Part shown: positions 61,424 through 64,000 of the stretch, piece after piece
Numbering within the stretch: position 1 is the stretch's first letter
Layout: the number at the start of each line of letters is the position of its first letter
Source of the DNA: Bacillota bacterium
GTDB taxonomy: Bacteria > Bacillota > SHA-98 > UBA4971
DNA length: 64,000 nucleotides
Direction of reading: 5' to 3'
Assembly (NCBI GenBank): GCA_035593725.1
Contig: DAOSZN010000003.1
Coordinates: 16,096-80,095, forward strand
Notes under the pieces: generated by a model
What the model was told of the DNA's origin: nothing
Databases searched by the model: none
Seen by the model: only the letters and a program-made list of their open reading frames with translations
Translations under genes and position numbers: made by a program

Positions 61424-62924
61424 ACCACACGACTTTAACACCGGCAAATGCAGTCTTATCCATCGGCAGACTACCAAACTCAGTATCCTCATCACCGATT
61501 AGGAATGTAGTTCCAACCCAGGTGCTGAACATAGGATTTATCTTATAGGTGTACCTGGGTACAATAAGTCCGCCGCCGTCGCTCATATTGTAGATGTTTA
61601 TAAGCTCAACCTGATGATCATCATGTATCGTAGCCCGGCCAACTAAAGCCAGGTAATGGCCTGCCTTGGCTTTTTCACCTGGCATGCGATAGGTTGAAAG
61701 CAACGAACCGGAGCTGTTATATATGTATTGCCCCATTAAATAGTACTCACTTGCGTCACCGAACATCCTGTCTGCGCCTACTACTGCCTGAAGGTAAGAG
61801 TCGTTGGTTGAAAGAGCGATGTTTCCCTCAACGTCAAGCTCTTCTACCTTATCCGGCCATGTGTAGCTCCCTTCACCCCAGAAGGTGTAAGGACCGTATG
61901 TACCGCTTACTGCAGCGCCGAAGGATGTTGCTTTGCGGTATAGCGCATTGGGACTAACATTCAGATTGACATTTATGTAAGAAAAGTCTTGCGCTATGTC
62001 AACTGATGGGACAGTCTCCACCCAAAGAACAGGTGAATCCTCCCACCCGCGGAACCCGCTGATGTATAGGTCCCACATTCCGAAATTCATGCCTGCCCGA
62101 CCTGCAACTTCCAGACGATCTGTAAAAGAGTCGGGAAGCTCGGGAGAGAATTCAAGCGCAGTCGGGTTCACGTCTGCATTCTTTATAATTATTGCTAATT
62201 GGTCTTCAGTGATAGGTACGCCAGGAGGCAGGTATGGCAACAACTCCTCAGCCAATGCCTCTGCTACTCCCGGGACCTGCAATCCTGCTTTAGTACCATG
62301 GCAGATGCCGTTTACGATTTTCGCTTGATACTCCTCAGGCAACGGCACCCCTTGAAGCCTTGGATTCAGCACCAGTACCATACCGACATCAGCCGACATA
62401 TCCTTCCATGACGGATATGCTGATATATATGCAGCAGGCACAGGGAGCCCGGTAAGATTCGTAAGCCCGCCTTGGTTCAAAGCAGCCATAGACGGCAGCG
62501 GGTTCACATAGCTTGTGGGATTGAATCCGTAAGCCGTCCCCCACGATACTGCCTGCCTGCCAAGACGCAAATCAAACAGGTCCTGATAGATATCGACATA
62601 TGCTTCATCCAGCTCAAGCCATTTAGCGTCAGATGCCTCATGGTTATACCAGCCCTTGACGGATACATAAGCATGCCCGTCAATCCCTGCTCCAGGCCTC
62701 TTCAAGTCTTGATCCAGTGAGAGCTTATAACTTGTAACGCCAAGGGTGAGTTCACCGTCAGTCAAAGACAAGTTTACTGTCTGCTCAAGCTCTCCGGAAA
62801 GGTTAAGCCCTGTAGGGCCCACCTCCATCCCATATGCAGCGCCGGATAACAGTCCCAGTGTTAATACAGCACAAACAAGAATAGTTATCTTACTCTTGGA
62901 TTTAAGCATTCTTCTTGGTCTCAT
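61422..62924 (-). CDS. Putative outer-membrane beta-barrel protein
   Basis: 500 aa. Signal peptide MRPRRMLKSKSKITILVCAVLTLGLLSGAAYG, amphipathic beta-strand-like pattern, and a C-terminal …VKVVW. Confidence 0.45.
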   Translation of the reverse strand: MRPRRMLKSKSKITILVCAVLTLGLLSGAAYGMEVGPTGLNLSGELEQTVNLSLTDGELTLGVTSYKLSLDQDLKRPGAGIDGHAYVSVKGWYNHEASDAKWLELDEAYVDIYQDLFDLRLGRQAVSWGTAYGFNPTSYVNPLPSMAALNQGGLTNLTGLPVPAAYISAYPSWKDMSADVGMVLVLNPRLQGVPLPEEYQAKIVNGICHGTKAGLQVPGVAEALAEELLPYLPPGVPITEDQLAIIIKNADVNPTALEFSPELPDSFTDRLEVAGRAGMNFGMWDLYISGFRGWEDSPVLWVETVPSVDIAQDFSYINVNLNVSPNALYRKATSFGAAVSGTYGPYTFWGEGSYTWPDKVEELDVEGNIALSTNDSYLQAVVGADRMFGDASEYYLMGQYIYNSSGSLLSTYRMPGEKAKAGHYLALVGRATIHDDHQVELINIYNMSDGGGLIVPRYTYKINPMFSTWVGTTFLIGDEDTEFGSLPMDKTAFAGVKVVW

Positions 62925-63020
62925 CTGAACTTATCCTCCCCTCTGCTCATAGAGAGCCTATTTAGACGCTTCTCAAATCAGGTCTTTCACATCAAACAGG
63001 AATAAACACAAAGAAATACC

Positions 63021-63863
63021 TTAACGTCTGCGCAGATACCGCACAGTGAAATAATCGTCAGGCACATCGGCTTCAGATGCCTCTTTAATCTTGATTATCG
63101 TCTTCGTGCCTGCCATAACATCACTCATCACAACTTGAGCAGGCTCCCACTTACCCTTTGCGTTTTTCTTCCAACCTGATGTATCAAGAGATTTTTTGAG
63201 TTTGTCCCCGCGGCCGTAGAACTCTATTTTAAGCGGGATAAACTCATCCTGCCATATCCACATCTTTACGAACGTATATTCGCTCTTTTCTTTAGGGGTA
63301 AGCTGAAGCACATAGCACTTGTGTCCGTCGAACGTATCGTCATCCAGCCTATTGGACTCGTAGTCTTCTTTATATGCAGCAGTTCCTGATATCTCTTCAT
63401 AAGTGAAGTCTGTCCCCATGAACTTTGTCTGCATTTCCTGAGCTGCGATTCTTCTCTCTTTTCCAAGAGCAGGCATGTAAAGCCATATCTCAGAATCCTT
63501 GCCATCCGGCTTCGTTATGCTAAGCAGCTTCGTGCCTGCGACATCCGCAGGCTGCAGATATTCAAGCAATTGCTTCTCTGTGTCATCAGCGTCCTTTTTC
63601 CTATAGATCTGCAAGGTATTGCTTCGCTGCTGACCACGTTTACTTTCAGTTATCAGTTCAATCTTGGCTGAACCGCTCCCTACAAGTAAAGCTGTGCTTT
63701 CAACCTTATCCAGAATCTGTTTGGCAGTAAGCCCTCCGCCATACACACTACAAGACATAATTAACATGGTCATAATGAGCACAGCCGGCAATACCCAAGC
63801 CTCTCTAATACCAGACCTCGTCAAGTATGACAGCCTTTTTGCCTTATTTGCGGGTTTCATCAC
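63021..63863 (-). CDS. LolA-like outer-membrane lipoprotein-sorting/carrier protein family
   Basis: 280 aa with signal peptide and lipobox (…LIMSCSVYGG). Size and composition resemble LolA_like/DUF2092 proteins. Confidence 0.5.
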   Translation of the reverse strand: MMKPANKAKRLSYLTRSGIREAWVLPAVLIMTMLIMSCSVYGGGLTAKQILDKVESTALLVGSGSAKIELITESKRGQQRSNTLQIYRKKDADDTEKQLLEYLQPADVAGTKLLSITKPDGKDSEIWLYMPALGKERRIAAQEMQTKFMGTDFTYEEISGTAAYKEDYESNRLDDDTFDGHKCYVLQLTPKEKSEYTFVKMWIWQDEFIPLKIEFYGRGDKLKKSLDTSGWKKNAKGKWEPAQVVMSDVMAGTKTIIKIKEASEADVPDDYFTVRYLRRR

Positions 63864-64000
63864 TACATCACCATCCTAAAGATTTATTTATTTGTCTCCA
63901 GTGAAGACTTGCTTTGTGAAAGCGTTCTCATACCCCTTATGTATTTAGGGTCTATAAGCCTCAGCACTGCGGGAAGGAAAACAAGCGCTCCTAATCCCGA

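Noticed and set aside
60923-61548. Plus-strand ORFs of 141 and 77 aa
   Set aside because: The first is antisense to the SYLF gene. The second overlaps the OMP gene's 3' end. Neither has an RBS or recognisable domain.

Overview
This 64 kb window reads as a chromosomal, mostly housekeeping segment from an anaerobic Firmicutes-like bacterium. The supporting neighbourhood is coaX…dusB–lysS with greA, an ECF RibU behind an FMN riboswitch, a T-box leader on serS, and DUF3842, DUF3798 and an SDH Clp-fold protease. Several parts suggest a diderm (outer-membrane) cell: a MacAB-type efflux pump with two TolC-like proteins, a large beta-barrel-like protein ending in W, and a LolA-like lipoprotein-sorting protein. 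A Negativicutes-like origin is an inference only. Recognisable content, in order: a DUF3842 protein; AzlCD; tRNA-Arg; a CofE-like ligase; the CsoR–CopA copper module; an orphan 2-hydroxyacyl-CoA dehydratase-like trio (two structural subunits plus activase); a BMP-type ABC importer with a DUF3798 lipoprotein; FMN riboswitch–ribU; hutH plus a DapF-fold racemase-like gene; a LysM protein; IscU-like, MBL hydrolase and RRM protein genes; a YhaO/YhaN (SbcEF-like) nuclease/ATPase pair; TolC-TolC-MacA-MacB-FtsX; a three-tRNA islet (Arg, Ser, Ser) with odd palindromic and tandem repeats and a split sodium:solute symporter pseudogene; T-box–serS; a four-subunit 2-oxoacid:ferredoxin oxidoreductase; a CBS-PAS-HD protein; glyA, pdxS and a patB-like gene; the SDH protease; tRNA-Ala; lysS; greA; a quinate-dehydrogenase-like gene; an HTH-DRTGG gene; dusB; hflX; coaX; UPF0016; a SAM methyltransferase; a THEP1 NTPase; an ECF S-component; tex; DUF1538 with a P-II-like partner; a SYLF protein; an OMP; and a LolA-like protein. 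No CRISPR array, integrase, transposase or canonical defence operon was seen. The most unusual material is non-coding: the repeat-rich tRNA islet, two genes (hflX and the DRTGG regulator) that appear to start on CUG, several structured leaders, and an orphan terminator. All calls come from reading the translated ORFs and the sequence for motifs. No database search was run.
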